From Trichoplax adhaerens (Eukaryota; Animalia; Placozoa), in NCBI RefSeq assembly GCF_000150275.1, contig NW_002060948.1, positions 2,989,183 to 3,053,182 on the forward strand: a stretch of 64,000 nt of DNA. Direction: 5' to 3'. Shown one piece after another: positions 51,901 to 64,000 of this stretch. The position numbers and the translations under genes were made by a program. Position 1 is the stretch's first letter. Each line of letters begins with the position of its first letter. The notes beneath the pieces are model-generated. The model saw only the letters and a program-made list of their open reading frames with translations, made no database searches and had not been told where the DNA came from.

Positions 51901-52200
51901 GTAAGATAGTTCTTTCTCGTTAGAGGTCCTCAGCTAATCAATTACGTTGTATCTTCGTAAACGAGGTTTTGTTCAATAAATCTTAATTTTCTAAAGTTTT
52001 GAAGATTCTTGATCTATCAACCTCACAGCAGGATAGCAGTATTAATTATTGCAATGTGACATAAAATTATCAACATCTAAAAATTATACTCTATCTAAAT
52101 TATCAGTATATCATTATCACTCACTCATCCAGTGTTAGCATAATTCTCCTCAAATCGTGATATTAACATTCGATTAGGAAATGTTTCTCTCATTCATCGG
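45990..52200 (-). pseudogene. Probable heavily decayed LRR-GPCR (LGR-like) pseudogene
   Basis: LRR-like fragments (e.g. FIKLKDNK at ~49650-49675) upstream of hydrophobic TM-like fragments at ~46000-47000 (KIVISLLTLCLILN, LSIITVCLLIN). Many stops and frameshifts; boundaries approximate. Confidence 0.35.
50164..50299 (-). mobile_element. Non-autonomous Helitron-like element, 3' end
   Basis: The minus strand reads CGGAGC-GA-GCTCCG hairpin (50191-50178), 10 nt, CTAG (50167-50164), then T. The adjacent sequence is repeated at 11717-11802. Confidence 0.6.
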
Positions 52201-52399
52201 TAGCTATGTAAACATTCCAAGAACATCGAATAAGATCATTAAATAAGCATAAATTTTAGATCTCGTAGGCGTCATTTAATCTTGATTGATCAATAATTCC
52301 AACCAAATTGCTGAACTTTACACATTCCATAAAAATTTACTTAGATTATATAAGCGTAATAAATTGTTTCAACACAAATAAGCAATTGCTAAAATAACA

Positions 52400-55300
52400 A
52401 AAGAAAGAAAGATTCAATTTTCAATGATATATATTAGACCTTAAACTCATGTACAGTGCATCCTACAACAATTATTAATGACATAATAATCAATACAAAA
52501 TCTGCAGCAATAGAAAAGTAAGATTTATATATTTATTTAAAAATTATCGTCAAATGAAAAGTATCAATTCAAATTAATAAACATCTTGTGTCAAAGGCCA
52601 AGTTTACATACAATAAAAATACCAGGTGTGCAAATCCAACAATGCAAACATCCATTTCCGTCGTTATCACAAGAAGAGAAATGTTGTTTATTATTCCAGT
52701 AATTATTGTTAGCTTTAGTGTTTAGTGTTTTTATAGATATTTTTTTTCCTATTCTGAAATTAAAAAGTAATTATAACGAAGCACAATCACATTTACTATG
52801 AAAGAGAGTAAAAATTTCAATCTTTTGCTTCCTGTAGTTTTATCAATACCAATGTTTGAACATTCTAAATATACTGTATTATATTGATTAATTCTATAAT
52901 CGATAGCTAGGCATAGCCACAATGGCAGAGAAAAAATCATATAAAAAAGACTATCCCAAGCTAAAAATGTGTTCTTTTTCCGTGATAGCATGTCTTTCCT
53001 TATGAACACGGAAGGAAACCTTAAAATTATCACGAACACAATTCGGCTCAATCAGGTGCTTTAAAATATAAATATTATCAGAATCATTTATCAACAATTA
53101 ACACCATTCATCAGTTTCAATTAAACGATCCAAATCATTTGTGATCAAAAAAGACTAAGATAGAATTCTCAATTTATGCTACTTTGTTAGACCGTTAATA
53201 ACTAGTACGTGAGATTGCTCTATAATGTCTAGAGAGAAGACGAAAGCCAATCTGATTTCTTTTAGTAATCTTAAACTAGAGTTCTCTTCAATTTTGGACT
53301 CGCATTGTGTTTCTGCTTTTCCAGATAATGTAATACAGACATTCCATATTCAATATTAAAATTATAACTGGATCGGCCTTAAATTTACTGATTTAAACGT
53401 CATTGAAGGGCAATTTAAATATCAAAATAGACTGTGACGCCAATACGTGCATATCACTTAATTAGGATGGAATAAGTATTATCTTTTAATTTCTTTCCCA
53501 AAATAATATAATAGATACCTTTGTGTTAGAAAACATCCGGAAGGGATAATATATTTTATGTCTTATCTGCCGCTAAGGGTGACATAGCAAGACAAAATCT
53601 AAAAAGTTAAATTGATCGATCTGTTGTAAATTAAAATCCGTTGATAACGGTATACTTTTCAGTTGTGATTTTTATTCTAGTTGGCTACGTCTATAATAAA
53701 TTTAATTCTAAGTATATTAGAAGACCATGTTTCTTGAGAAGCTCTTCACCGACTGCATATGCCTTATCACAATTATATTCAATGTCCTCATTAATTATAT
53801 TATTGCGTAGAACCAGTAAGAGAAGTAAGCTAAATCGAAATGTGTTATTTTTAGCTTCTGCTACTTAGTACAGTTCATTTATTAACAGATAAGGCAAAGT
53901 AGATAGTAAGATACGTCAGAAATTTATGACATAAGCAGGTATAAATTTAATCAAGAAAGAAGAACAATAGGGTAGGTGTGAGTGATAGGTAGAAACTAAT
54001 TAAAATAGATTGATAAAATTCCAAGATGAGTTCCAAATTACCTGACTTCAATATCTACTCTATAGTAGTAATCCACCGATGCTGCTAGGCTTCCTACAAT
54101 AACTTTATTCCTTTCATTCTCGTATATCAATGGCAAATATTTGATTTAATTCATTTGATCTGTATAAAAATAGCTAAGACAGAGTATCGAATAAAAGATC
54201 TCAGTGAATATTTTCAGGTGCACCGTTACGACATATCAATTTCTAGATCAATACACTCACGACTCTAAGTCGCCTAGGCAATGATTACATAGGTCGATAT
54301 TGCAATCTCTTTAAATATACTGGTATTTCCTTAATAAGGTAGCTATTATAGCCTGCTAGAAAGGTTAAAGAATTCTTATATTTTTTTGAATGCCTGTCAA
54401 ATTTGAGAAAGAACTGTTATAAATTGTATCTGCGTCATTTAAAATCACATATTAATATCTAATTTCAAATCTTCCTAAATACTTTGTTAAATAAAACGTA
54501 TAAACAACTAAGCCCTAAGCGCCCGATTAAAGTTAGCTAAAATGTACCAGCATCAATTTGGCCAGATGCCTTAACTTAACATACTCGTATAAGGATTTGA
54601 TTCCAGCCCCATAATAAAATACTATAATTAATGCCACCTTCGTATACAGACCCAATAGGACTTAATATTTACATCATCAACCGAATGACATTAACGTAGC
54701 ATACTTTTATAATGGATTACACCACTTTTGTAACTATTTACAAATATAAATTTAGTAAAAATAATTATACCGATCAAAATCGATGTAAGGCTTATATTGA
54801 CTGTAACTCAAAATGTATAGGGCGCATAATAAAAGAAAATTTCAGAATTTTATACACCAATTTTCGAAATCAAGATATCACAGTTTGATATAATACCGGT
54901 ATATAGGGTTATACTACTACTGTATTCCAGTATAGAATATGGAGTTCAGAAAGTGCAGTTTGTATTTTATAGTTACCGTCAACCTTAAACACTCATGCTA
55001 CGATTATGAGATGAGTAGATTTCGAATCGCCGCGATCTTTCAATTATAACCAGAGCTATAATATTTTTAAATAACAGATTCATCATGTCAATAAAAAATT
55101 TGAGTTGTATTGCGATCGATGAGAATTATTAAAGGCCTAGTAGTATAAATGCTTAAGGATTTATTCCTTTCAAAGAGTGAGTATTTTATTTATCAAATAA
55201 TAATAGCCAATAAATGTAGTGCGATATAAAATAATACATAGTTTGCATTATTTATTTGCATCAATCCATTTTAAATTTCTATAATACTTATTACAATATA

Positions 55301-57050
55301 GTACACGTACAGTCTAAACCATTTTACTCTGAACAATACTTATTAGTATATTTTATTTAATTATCTCGCTTTTTATCATAACCTCTAGGGACTCTTAGAA
55401 TATTGTTAAACCTATATCTGCCCTTGGTAAGCAATGTAAATATCGTGCATCAAGCTGTTTTAGTTACGCTAATTATATTGTCAAGCTTTATTAGCAACAG
55501 CGAAATCTTATCACGATATCAAGTAGCTAATATCAAGCTAATCATTACGATGATCCTCATACCTCTACGCTATTATGAATGTCCTATAACTCGGTTCTAT
55601 TTCCTATTTATAATATCACTGTTAGGACTAAATTCCTAAAAGCGCAATTCCCTTTCAGTTAATCTACATCTGACTCTCATGCACTCTTAGTCGCCGGCTT
55701 ATTTGTAGCTATTTTGTATTTTTGTTATACGCATATAAGAATATATATTTGATCGAAAGAATTTGGATCGAATTAATATTTATTGTCTTAATACAGCATA
55801 AATTAAGAATAGAATAAACGAAACAGAAATGAAAATTAATATTTATACGTCTGCTAATTAGATTAATAGATCATCATCTGTTCGAACAGTATGGGATGGA
55901 ACTTTAAAGGGCGACATAGCATTAATTCAAGATCAAATTACGCTTTATTTATCCCAAATATGAAGGCTAACGTGAATAATTGTCAATAAATTTACAAGAA
56001 CTCATCAGCTTTAATCTATCATTTAGCGTGTGAATCAATGTAGTCTCCATATCATTGGTGATCAGTAACAATGGCGTTTACATGACTTTATGAGCGATGA
56101 TATTAAAAGAACTTCCATATACATTAATAATCATAACCCCATTTATATTAGACTAGTTCGTTGTTAGCACGCAAAAGTGTAACTTTAAATATTTTGTAAT
56201 GGTTGCACATTAAACCTTTGTTATCAACTTATATTTCAGAGTTCGGTAATGTAGCAATACAAGTCTATAACATTATTTTCTCTTAGGATGCTCACTTTTA
56301 TTCATTAAAATATGCATTCATTATTTATCTGGCGCCTTAATCCACTTTCAAGATATGTCAATCAATCAACAAATAAATGCCTATTAATTCAGACAGAATC
56401 TTATTTCTCTTTATCAAAATAGTTTCTTAAAAGTAAGGAAGTGAGAAATCGATCAAAATTGTAGTTGTACAATTTTAGATATCAGTGCAGGTGAACGATA
56501 ATTTCGTCTATTGAAAAGGATCCTTATTTAAAAATACTACTAGATAACTTCATTATCGGGTCTAGATTATAAGATTTTACTATTAATATTAAGAATAATG
56601 ATAATATAAAGCCTAATATACAAATTGAATCTATCTACATGTACATCATTGACCAAACAATGCCATAAAGCATCGATTATAATGACAAAAAATTTTATAT
56701 TTAAATTGAAAACAGAGTCCTTCATTATTCTTGCTATGGTATACCACGAATATAACATCAGCACCGCTGCGCAATTTAATAGTGATAATTTTCATATTCG
56801 TTAAGGAAATCAGATTACAGAAAGCAACCCATTTCATATCATTATATCTACCTATCAACGATTTCCGAAAATATCTTAGTTCTAACGATATTATTTCCTA
56901 ATGAAGTATTGATTTCATCATCATGCATAGATGGAATATTTCTATTATTAAATAGATATCGATCGCGATAGTATATGCATTTACCGAGTATTTTTAAGTC
57001 GTTGATGCAAACTTTAATAAAACAAGACAATCGATGAGTAATGATTAGTT
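52400..57050 (-). pseudogene. Decayed LRR-GPCR (LGR-like) pseudogene
   Basis: LRR fragments YLFNNRNI/SLGNNI (~56880-56960) and TIYNSSFSNLTGIQK (~54385-54430); ECL1 remnant DWLSSSL* (~53230-53252); ORF 52749..53051 reads as TM4-ECL2(Cys)-TM5 (LAWDSLFYMIFSLPLW...LEC); TM6-like CWICTPGIFIV near 52610-52640. Confidence 0.55.
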
Positions 57051-57599
57051 GAGAGTTGAATAGAAAAAACCGTCTAGTTAGTGATGTAGTGATGATTCAT
57101 TAAATCAATAAAAATTTTATCAGCTTTGAATATTGTTTCATAAAAGTAAAGTTAAATGAAGGATAATACAACTATCAGATTAGCTTATTCTAAAATGATC
57201 ACGTCATTATTAGTAATACACTATAAATTTTACTTATGCATTTGATGATCGCATTTGATATTTATCAAAGGAAGTGTGACAGGCAAAACTGTCGATTCGT
57301 CGTGAGTTTATGTTAAGAAACTGTAATTAGTATAGGACATGGAAATGTCCCATTGGCACTAATATTATTCACTTATTGAACAGCATCGTTGTTGACATAA
57401 GATAGAAAAAAACAGATGATAAAGCTTTTACATCGTTGATCTAACTAGAAAATATGTAGTATATCAATTAATTGAAATAAAGGTGATAAAGTATGATCGA
57501 AAGAAGGAATTGCAAATCATAATCATTATATGGCATCTATTATTGAAATAGAGTACGTGAGGAAGGTACGGGAATGAAGCGATATTCTTCTATATCGTT

Positions 57600-60500
57600 C
57601 ATAAAATATTGAACGCAAAACAATTGAATAAAATGCTGTTCACTAGATGATCTTCATAATTTATTCTACTTAAAATGTACCGAACAATGCAACTATCTTC
57701 TTTCGATATTATTATCGCTTAATTCTTCATTCAATATTTGATGTACTTGACATCAAATTAACGAGATAATTTATAATGTATATATATATAGTTCATATAT
57801 GAACTATACACTAAGTATGCGAAAAATAGTTAAAAGTCGATTATTAACCCTTCATTAGTAACTATAATAGTGGTTTGTCGATTCGAGGCACTATTCCAAA
57901 TCATTGCAGATAGAACTGCAATAAGGAATGTAAATTGATGTCGTATATTATCTTCTTTCCTAATTTCAGATCGATAATAGATAGCCCAGCTGCATTTATA
58001 CACCCATTTGACTAATGTAAATATAAAGTCAAGAATAAACAACACAATACTTCCAGTAAAATAGCTCAAAATTGAATGTTTAAGATAATTAATCAAATAA
58101 GCCCATTGTGTAACTTCTTCATGACATCATCGATCAATTCATTTTATTCTATCTTTTATAGTAAACGAGTTAGTTCTAATCAACTGAATAGATCTAAAGT
58201 TCCAATGATGATCTAACAAGCAATTAATTTTGAAAAGCAAAAATCTAGCCTCATTTTAATTCCATGAAATAAATATAGATCTAGATGACACTGATACTGA
58301 TCTTTATCATTTAATAGAATAAGATTGTATTACAAAATTGATCTAATGCATATCATGCTCTTTTTGATAAAATAATTTGGAAAATGGAAAATGAGAAACC
58401 AACTTTACTTTCGAAAGCATTTTCACAACATAGAGAGAGATATCGACTATAAATGTTATACCTATACATGAAATACGGGTGATATTTGTTTTTCTTCTTT
58501 CAATTTGGAATTTATTTCCGTCCGATTTACAATATTAATTGTATTCTATAAGACTGGTTCCATCTATTGTATAGGAGTGATTTTTTTTATTTTTGTAAAA
58601 TTTTTATTACGTATAGAAAGTTAAAAATGTCAATAGACAAATGGATTATCAATTAATAACTGAGCTATTGAATAAGAAATCTAAAGTTATATAAGATGAA
58701 ACAGACGATATACAATATGCAATTAATTTTTTTTCCTATCTAACTAAATTAATCAATAATAGCCATAGGGAATAGATTGTAAGATAGCTAATTCTATTCA
58801 TCAGCTTGATATTGAAAGGAATTGTACATTACATCTATTGCAATAGCAATCGTAAAATAATATCTATTAACTTAGCTTTCATTGGCACTTGCCTTTGCCT
58901 ACTCTGTTGATAACTTTCCCTATTGAATAGGACAAACATGATTAGTTATCAATTTTTAACGAGCTTAGATATTCCTGTTTTTACAATGTCTTACCACTTG
59001 TATAAACATATTAAACGAAAAGTATTCCACTCTGTCAAAAACTAGCAGACAGGATTGTCCATTTATATCTTAAAGACAATTTTAAATGTTAGCAACTTAA
59101 TCCAGGACGTCTTTAATCTATTAGAACAGTTGAATCTAATCAACATTTGAATGATTTTTTCCTTTTTTCATTTCAGAGATAATTTACTTGAAAAATATAT
59201 TACTGATTAATTGTAGATAGGGGACGATAACCTAGTTTCAATATGTCATGATGGAGATTATCATCGTTATCCTTTTTGAGTTTATATTTTTATTCATCAA
59301 TATTCTTTATATACTTTCACCTTTACAAACACTATCATCTATCATCTCGAATACTATACATATATAATATTCAATTAGATAAACTACAATCACAAAACTA
59401 GAAGTGATAGATAGCATTAAAAATTTTATCACGCTTGTTTATTTGAAGCTATACGCAATTCCTGTTTGCATAATGACTTTTTTTCTCATATTAATTAGAT
59501 AGATCTAGCTTAAAGTTGTAGCCTAATCATGGAAATATCAAATGATAAACATATATTATTACAGTAATGATGATACTCAATTTATTGATTAGAAGTGGAT
59601 ATTTTTTCTTTGCCTACTATCTCTGTTCCTCTCCCCCTCTTCATCTTAATTTACTTCCAACCTTGAAAAAAAAACAATAGCAATTGTTTAATCTTGGATA
59701 CTCTACTCTACTTAGAAGGGTGTCTATCTATTCTATTATCGTCGATCAACATTTTAATTATCTTAATAACTTGCTTTGCCATCGTTACCAGTTGAAAAAT
59801 AACCAAATTAGATTGCCCTAACAGTAGTATTGTCCTGTTTAACTATCACTGATGGCCATCCCATTCGTATTCAATAACTAAACAATAAACAACTAAAGCA
59901 TTATACTCAGATTTGATTTTCCCCACCCTTGACCACATTACTCCTATTCGAGCGGGCTATCAACTATTCCAACATTATATATCCTCATTTAAATAGCTTT
60001 CACTGCTTTGCCATCATCATTGACGACAGCATCAATTGTGATTGTATACAATCCATATAAGTTGTACTTTTATTGAGATCCTTTAATTTGAAACAGTCTT
60101 GTTAGCTCCATTTCTCAAGATATCTTTAGCTTAGCTGCAAGTAATTAAGCTGCTTAAAAAGTTAAAAAATCTTCATCAAACCGCTACATTTACTCGTATT
60201 GCCCATCACTTAACTCAACCTCGATCAAGTGCAACTTGATAAGGAAGAAAACGTCGAACTGGAAATTGGAAATTATTTTTCCTTCAACTCAAACAAGACT
60301 GCATAAACCAGATCTCACTCAGGTAATGGAAATCATTTTTTATTTATTATAACGTATAGATCAAAATGTAAAATACTTACGGTATATCTTACATTCAGAT
60401 TCTATGTAAGCGAAATTGAAATCCATAAATTTACAAACATTTCTTGTCTTTCTTTTGCACTGTCATGTTAATGAAATATTCTGAGTCTAAAGTCGATCAA

Positions 60501-61250
60501 CTGACCAAGACATTTTATCATTTCAATGTAATGCTATCATGATGAAATTGATCATAAATGTGCAGCATCAAACGATAAGCTTAGTCCACGTTTATAGCAT
60601 TGATGATGAATTCCTGTAAATCCTAACACATAACGATTAGGTAGAAATGATACTACAGACCTTTCAAAACGATCATGATTTAATTTGATATTGCGTAGAA
60701 ATAGATAAGCAAAGTAGGATAGTAACATCTACTTATACTCTCGTGATTGTATCTCTCGAGTAGATAAATGGAGCAATCAGCTCTTATAAAACATTAAACC
60801 TTGAAATGTTAGAAATAACTTTTGGTGATTTAAGGTGTTACAGACAAAATACAAAGTTAGATAGAGTTCATGATATGGGAAATTCATGAGTTACCTAAAT
60901 AGACAGTATAACATGAGCTTATTGCTAAAAATGGATATTCAATCATAAAAGGGGTTAAGGTAAATTAGTAGAATCTATCCAGTAGATTTTCGAGGATAAA
61001 ACTGACTGGTATGCCTCAGTTTTGTACTAGAAGAATTCAATTTAACTCCGTAAATATTCTCTGACCAAGTTCTGTTGGCCGTTTTACTAGAGTAGTGCTT
61101 TCCCAAGATAGAAATATTTAGGGTACGTTGAGCTAGAATAACACTGATCGATACAAATAAATTGATTACAATCTGGCTAAACAAGCTTGAGAGAAATATC
61201 AATCGACGCTAAAGGAAACCTTCAGGCAAAGTAAAGTATACTATCATAAA
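57600..61250 (-). pseudogene. Decayed LRR-GPCR (LGR-like) pseudogene
   Basis: LRR remnants (IKMLIDDNRID at ~59725-59757); TM1-like IYFTIAIAID (~58835-58865); ORF 57830..58096 reads as TM5-ICL3-TM6 (GSIVLFILDFIFTLV...RKEDNIRHQFTFLIAVLSAMIW). Confidence 0.55.
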
Positions 61251-61299
61251 GCTTTTCCTGATAATATTATAATAACTTACTTTAAATAGATGTTATGTA

Positions 61300-62620
61300 T
61301 ATCCTCATTTCCATCAAAAGAGCCTTAACAATCTCAATACCAAACTAAATGCTAACTTAAATTACTGCTAAAATAGATTTAGAATATTATTAAATCAAGA
61401 ACTAACGTTCTACATATTTTCTATTTTCGCTCCATTGCTAACCGACTCAGAGCCATTTTTCCAACTTAGCATCACTTAATAGCCTTCCTATTTAGGAAGT
61501 GGTACTAAAAATATGATATCGAAAATAGACCAAAAGATCAATCTCCTTTCGAGGGGATTTCTTACTCTACCCACAATTTAAGTTATGTTAAAAAGAAGTG
61601 ATCTATCTAGAATCACTCAGGATCGATCTAGCCAATAATAAATAGACTATCAATATAATTTCATCGTTTCCTTATATTAGATCTCTCTTGCTTTCACTTC
61701 ACAGCATATTAGAATTTATCTTGGCAGATGTTTCATATAAATTGAACTTGAATTCGATCATGCTCTACCATCATTGCAGAAAGATCAAAACTATAAGTAA
61801 CCACGTAATTAAAGTACTAGATGGAGTATAGGATTTAGCACCTACTGCATTTTTAATAAACGTTGACATCTTCAAGTATTCATCTTTTGCAACAAACCAA
61901 GGTGGTCTTGAATAGCAGACAATGGTGTATCAGGATAAATTAAAATAGTATTATCGCTTGACCTAGTCAATTTTTATGACATATATTTTAGTATTTATGT
62001 CTGTAGCAGACATAACTAATTATTTAAGTAAACTGTAGCCTAAAATTCCAATGGAAAAGTATTTTGTTAAGTTAGCACACAACGGAAAATCTGCTAGTCA
62101 TGATGTTCAAAGTACAATAATGACAAGAAATGAAATTAGATACCTCTGGCATTAACTCTTACTTTGGATGCCAAATGAATATTGTCCTATTCTAATCTTG
62201 ACGTCATTTGGAATAAAGGAACTATTGACTAATGTAGCAAATTGGGGGATAAATTTTTTCACATAATCTGTCAGTTGGACTACTACACTACTTCAAATTT
62301 ATAATACCTGTATATGGATAAAATTTTCCACACTTCTATTTGCTTATATCGTTACCGCTAACATTAGCCAACAATATTATCTTTCTCGATCCTATTTTTA
62401 TTTGACCTATTCATCATAGTTATCGGAAAGTCCTAAGAGTTTCGCCAATAGAAGAAATTATTATGGCTTTTTCAATAGGCGCAGATAATACTTCTTTCTA
62501 GTCAATTTCATTCTTATTTGATTAGAATATCTAGAAATCCAGAGGTTAAACTGAAATTAAGCTATCATAACTTCTAAATCCTTGTTGCTACTTTTCTGAC
62601 TACATTTCTAGCACGTAGAC
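61300..62620 (-). pseudogene. Decayed LGR-like hinge and 7TM remnant
   Basis: MPEVSNFISCH (hinge-like, ~62120-62152), FSIGILGYSLL (TM1-like, ~62028-62060), LSAMMVEHDRI (TM3/DRY-like, ~61750-61785); interrupted by stops. Confidence 0.45.
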
Positions 62621-62827
62621 ATGTTCTGAGTAGAGATTAACCTATTAAAGCCTAATTAATTATACTGTAAGTAGTACAATGACTACTACACCCTAGTTAT
62701 CATGTCTACGTGAGTTATATTATTTTATTCTCACATTTTTACTCTATAGACTTGGTAGAAATCTATGATTTATAATATAGATGATAATGTAATTCGACAG
62801 GTTAGGTTAAGTAGTCAAGAACATGCT

Positions 62828-63340
62828 ATGATCATTCTTCCTATCTCATTTCTAACTCTACATTACCAACTGTCTATCTACGAACGGGGGATAGAAAAGA
62901 ATTTATAAATTTCATGATCATTCTTCCTATCCCATTTCTACCTTTATATCCGGTTCTGAGTGACTATCTACCAATCATGGAAAGAAAATGAATGTATTCC
63001 TATTCCATTCGTTCATTTTATCTCATTTCTACCTGTATGTACTGACTGTCTACGATTATTGATAGAAGAGGAACGCATAAATCTCGTGATTGTTCTCCTA
63101 TCCCGTTTCCACTTTTATGCACTGACTGGCTATCCATCAATTTTCGATAGAAAGGGAACCCATGAAATCTCGTGATCATGCTTTCAATCCTATTTCTAGC
63201 GAGTATACTAATTGACTATCCACGAATGATGGATGGAAAACAAGTAGCTATGTGTACCAATTGTAATTATTTATTCAATCCCATTTCTCTCCTTGCCATA
63301 CGGCTAGCTATCAACGCCTTTAGATGAGAAATAGAAGAGC
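62828..63340. repeat. Tandem repeat of ~85-bp units (at least 6), several with internal inverted repeats
   Basis: Units begin (A/G)TGATCATTCTTCCTATCCCATTTCTA-like at ~62828, 62914, ~63007, 63086, 63172 and ~63263, with central (G)ACTATCTAC and terminal GATAGAA(A)AG motifs. Confidence 0.85.
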
Positions 63341-64000
63341 ATAGTTCTTTTGGCAATCAATGTCACTGTAATTTTTCCTTCTATCTTCATATGTTAAATG
63401 ACCATGTAAAAAATAAGGATGAAACTATTTAGTTATCACAGCTCAGCCACTTTTAGATTAATTTACGAGTATTACTGTTGTCGTTTCCAATCACCCTTTT
63501 CATTTTTAGATAGGGAAGAGGGCAATTGTCCAGATACCAATTTCTATTATGCTTCTACTTTCTAAGTTGATCAGAGATCTGTGATCCTTTCATGGGAAAC
63601 TAATCCAATTATGGCTAAAAATAACTTATGACGATAAGATGACTAATTGTAGACTAGAATTCTCCCTGCAATGGATTTATTCTTCCTGGCTCGTTCAAAG
63701 CATCTATTAATTATTAGATAGGGATAATCATAGTCCTCTCTCTGAGGCTAGAGAATGATACCTGCATGATATGGTTACTCTTCTTTCAAGTTTCTCTAAA
63801 ACCGACATATCAAGTATGAAAGTGTAAAATCATACAACTATTACTGCAGAGTCCACCACATATGTGAGCGTCAATTTTATCTTTCATGCTGATATAACCC
63901 TTTTGTACGTAAGTAGATACGCGTATATACAGCTCCAAGATGAAAAATAAGTTTAGCGAATTCTGAGATCAAGTTGAATTTTTCCTACTTCTCAACTTGA

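Noticed and set aside
62828-63340. CRISPR array or 28-aa LRR-coding repeats
   Set aside because: The context is eukaryotic with no cas genes, and the 'spacers' are homologous to each other. The minus-strand RNxIG words lack the LxxLxL pattern and contain stops.

Overview
AT-rich, intron-containing animal genomic DNA. The gene content, compact GT-AG introns and intronless GPCR clusters suggest a placozoan (Trichoplax-like) genome; this is an inference only. Left to right: two tandem intronless rhodopsin-class GPCRs with LGR/relaxin-receptor-like transmembrane motifs but no ectodomain; a small repeat cluster (tandem units with a palindromic insert); a five-exon chimeric type II membrane gene; a TACAG/CTGTA-rich divergent intergenic region; intronless FBXO31; multi-exon Melted/VEPH1 on the minus strand; a six-exon trypsin-like zymogen; a 15-exon secreted EGF8-CUB-EGF-CUB gene; and about 17 kb of what look like heavily decayed tandem LRR-GPCR pseudogenes, containing a Helitron-like 3' end and followed by an ~85-bp hairpin tandem repeat. 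The top candidate for novelty is the chimera at 12643-15973 (minus strand). In it, the non-catalytic N-terminal half of a GH31 alpha-glucosidase (TM anchor, Thr/Ser stalk, trefoil, N-terminal beta-sandwich) is spliced in frame to two duplicated SKICH-like domains and a PI-PLC X domain whose catalytic His is replaced by Tyr. All gene models and family assignments were made by eye and from recalled motifs; no searches were run.
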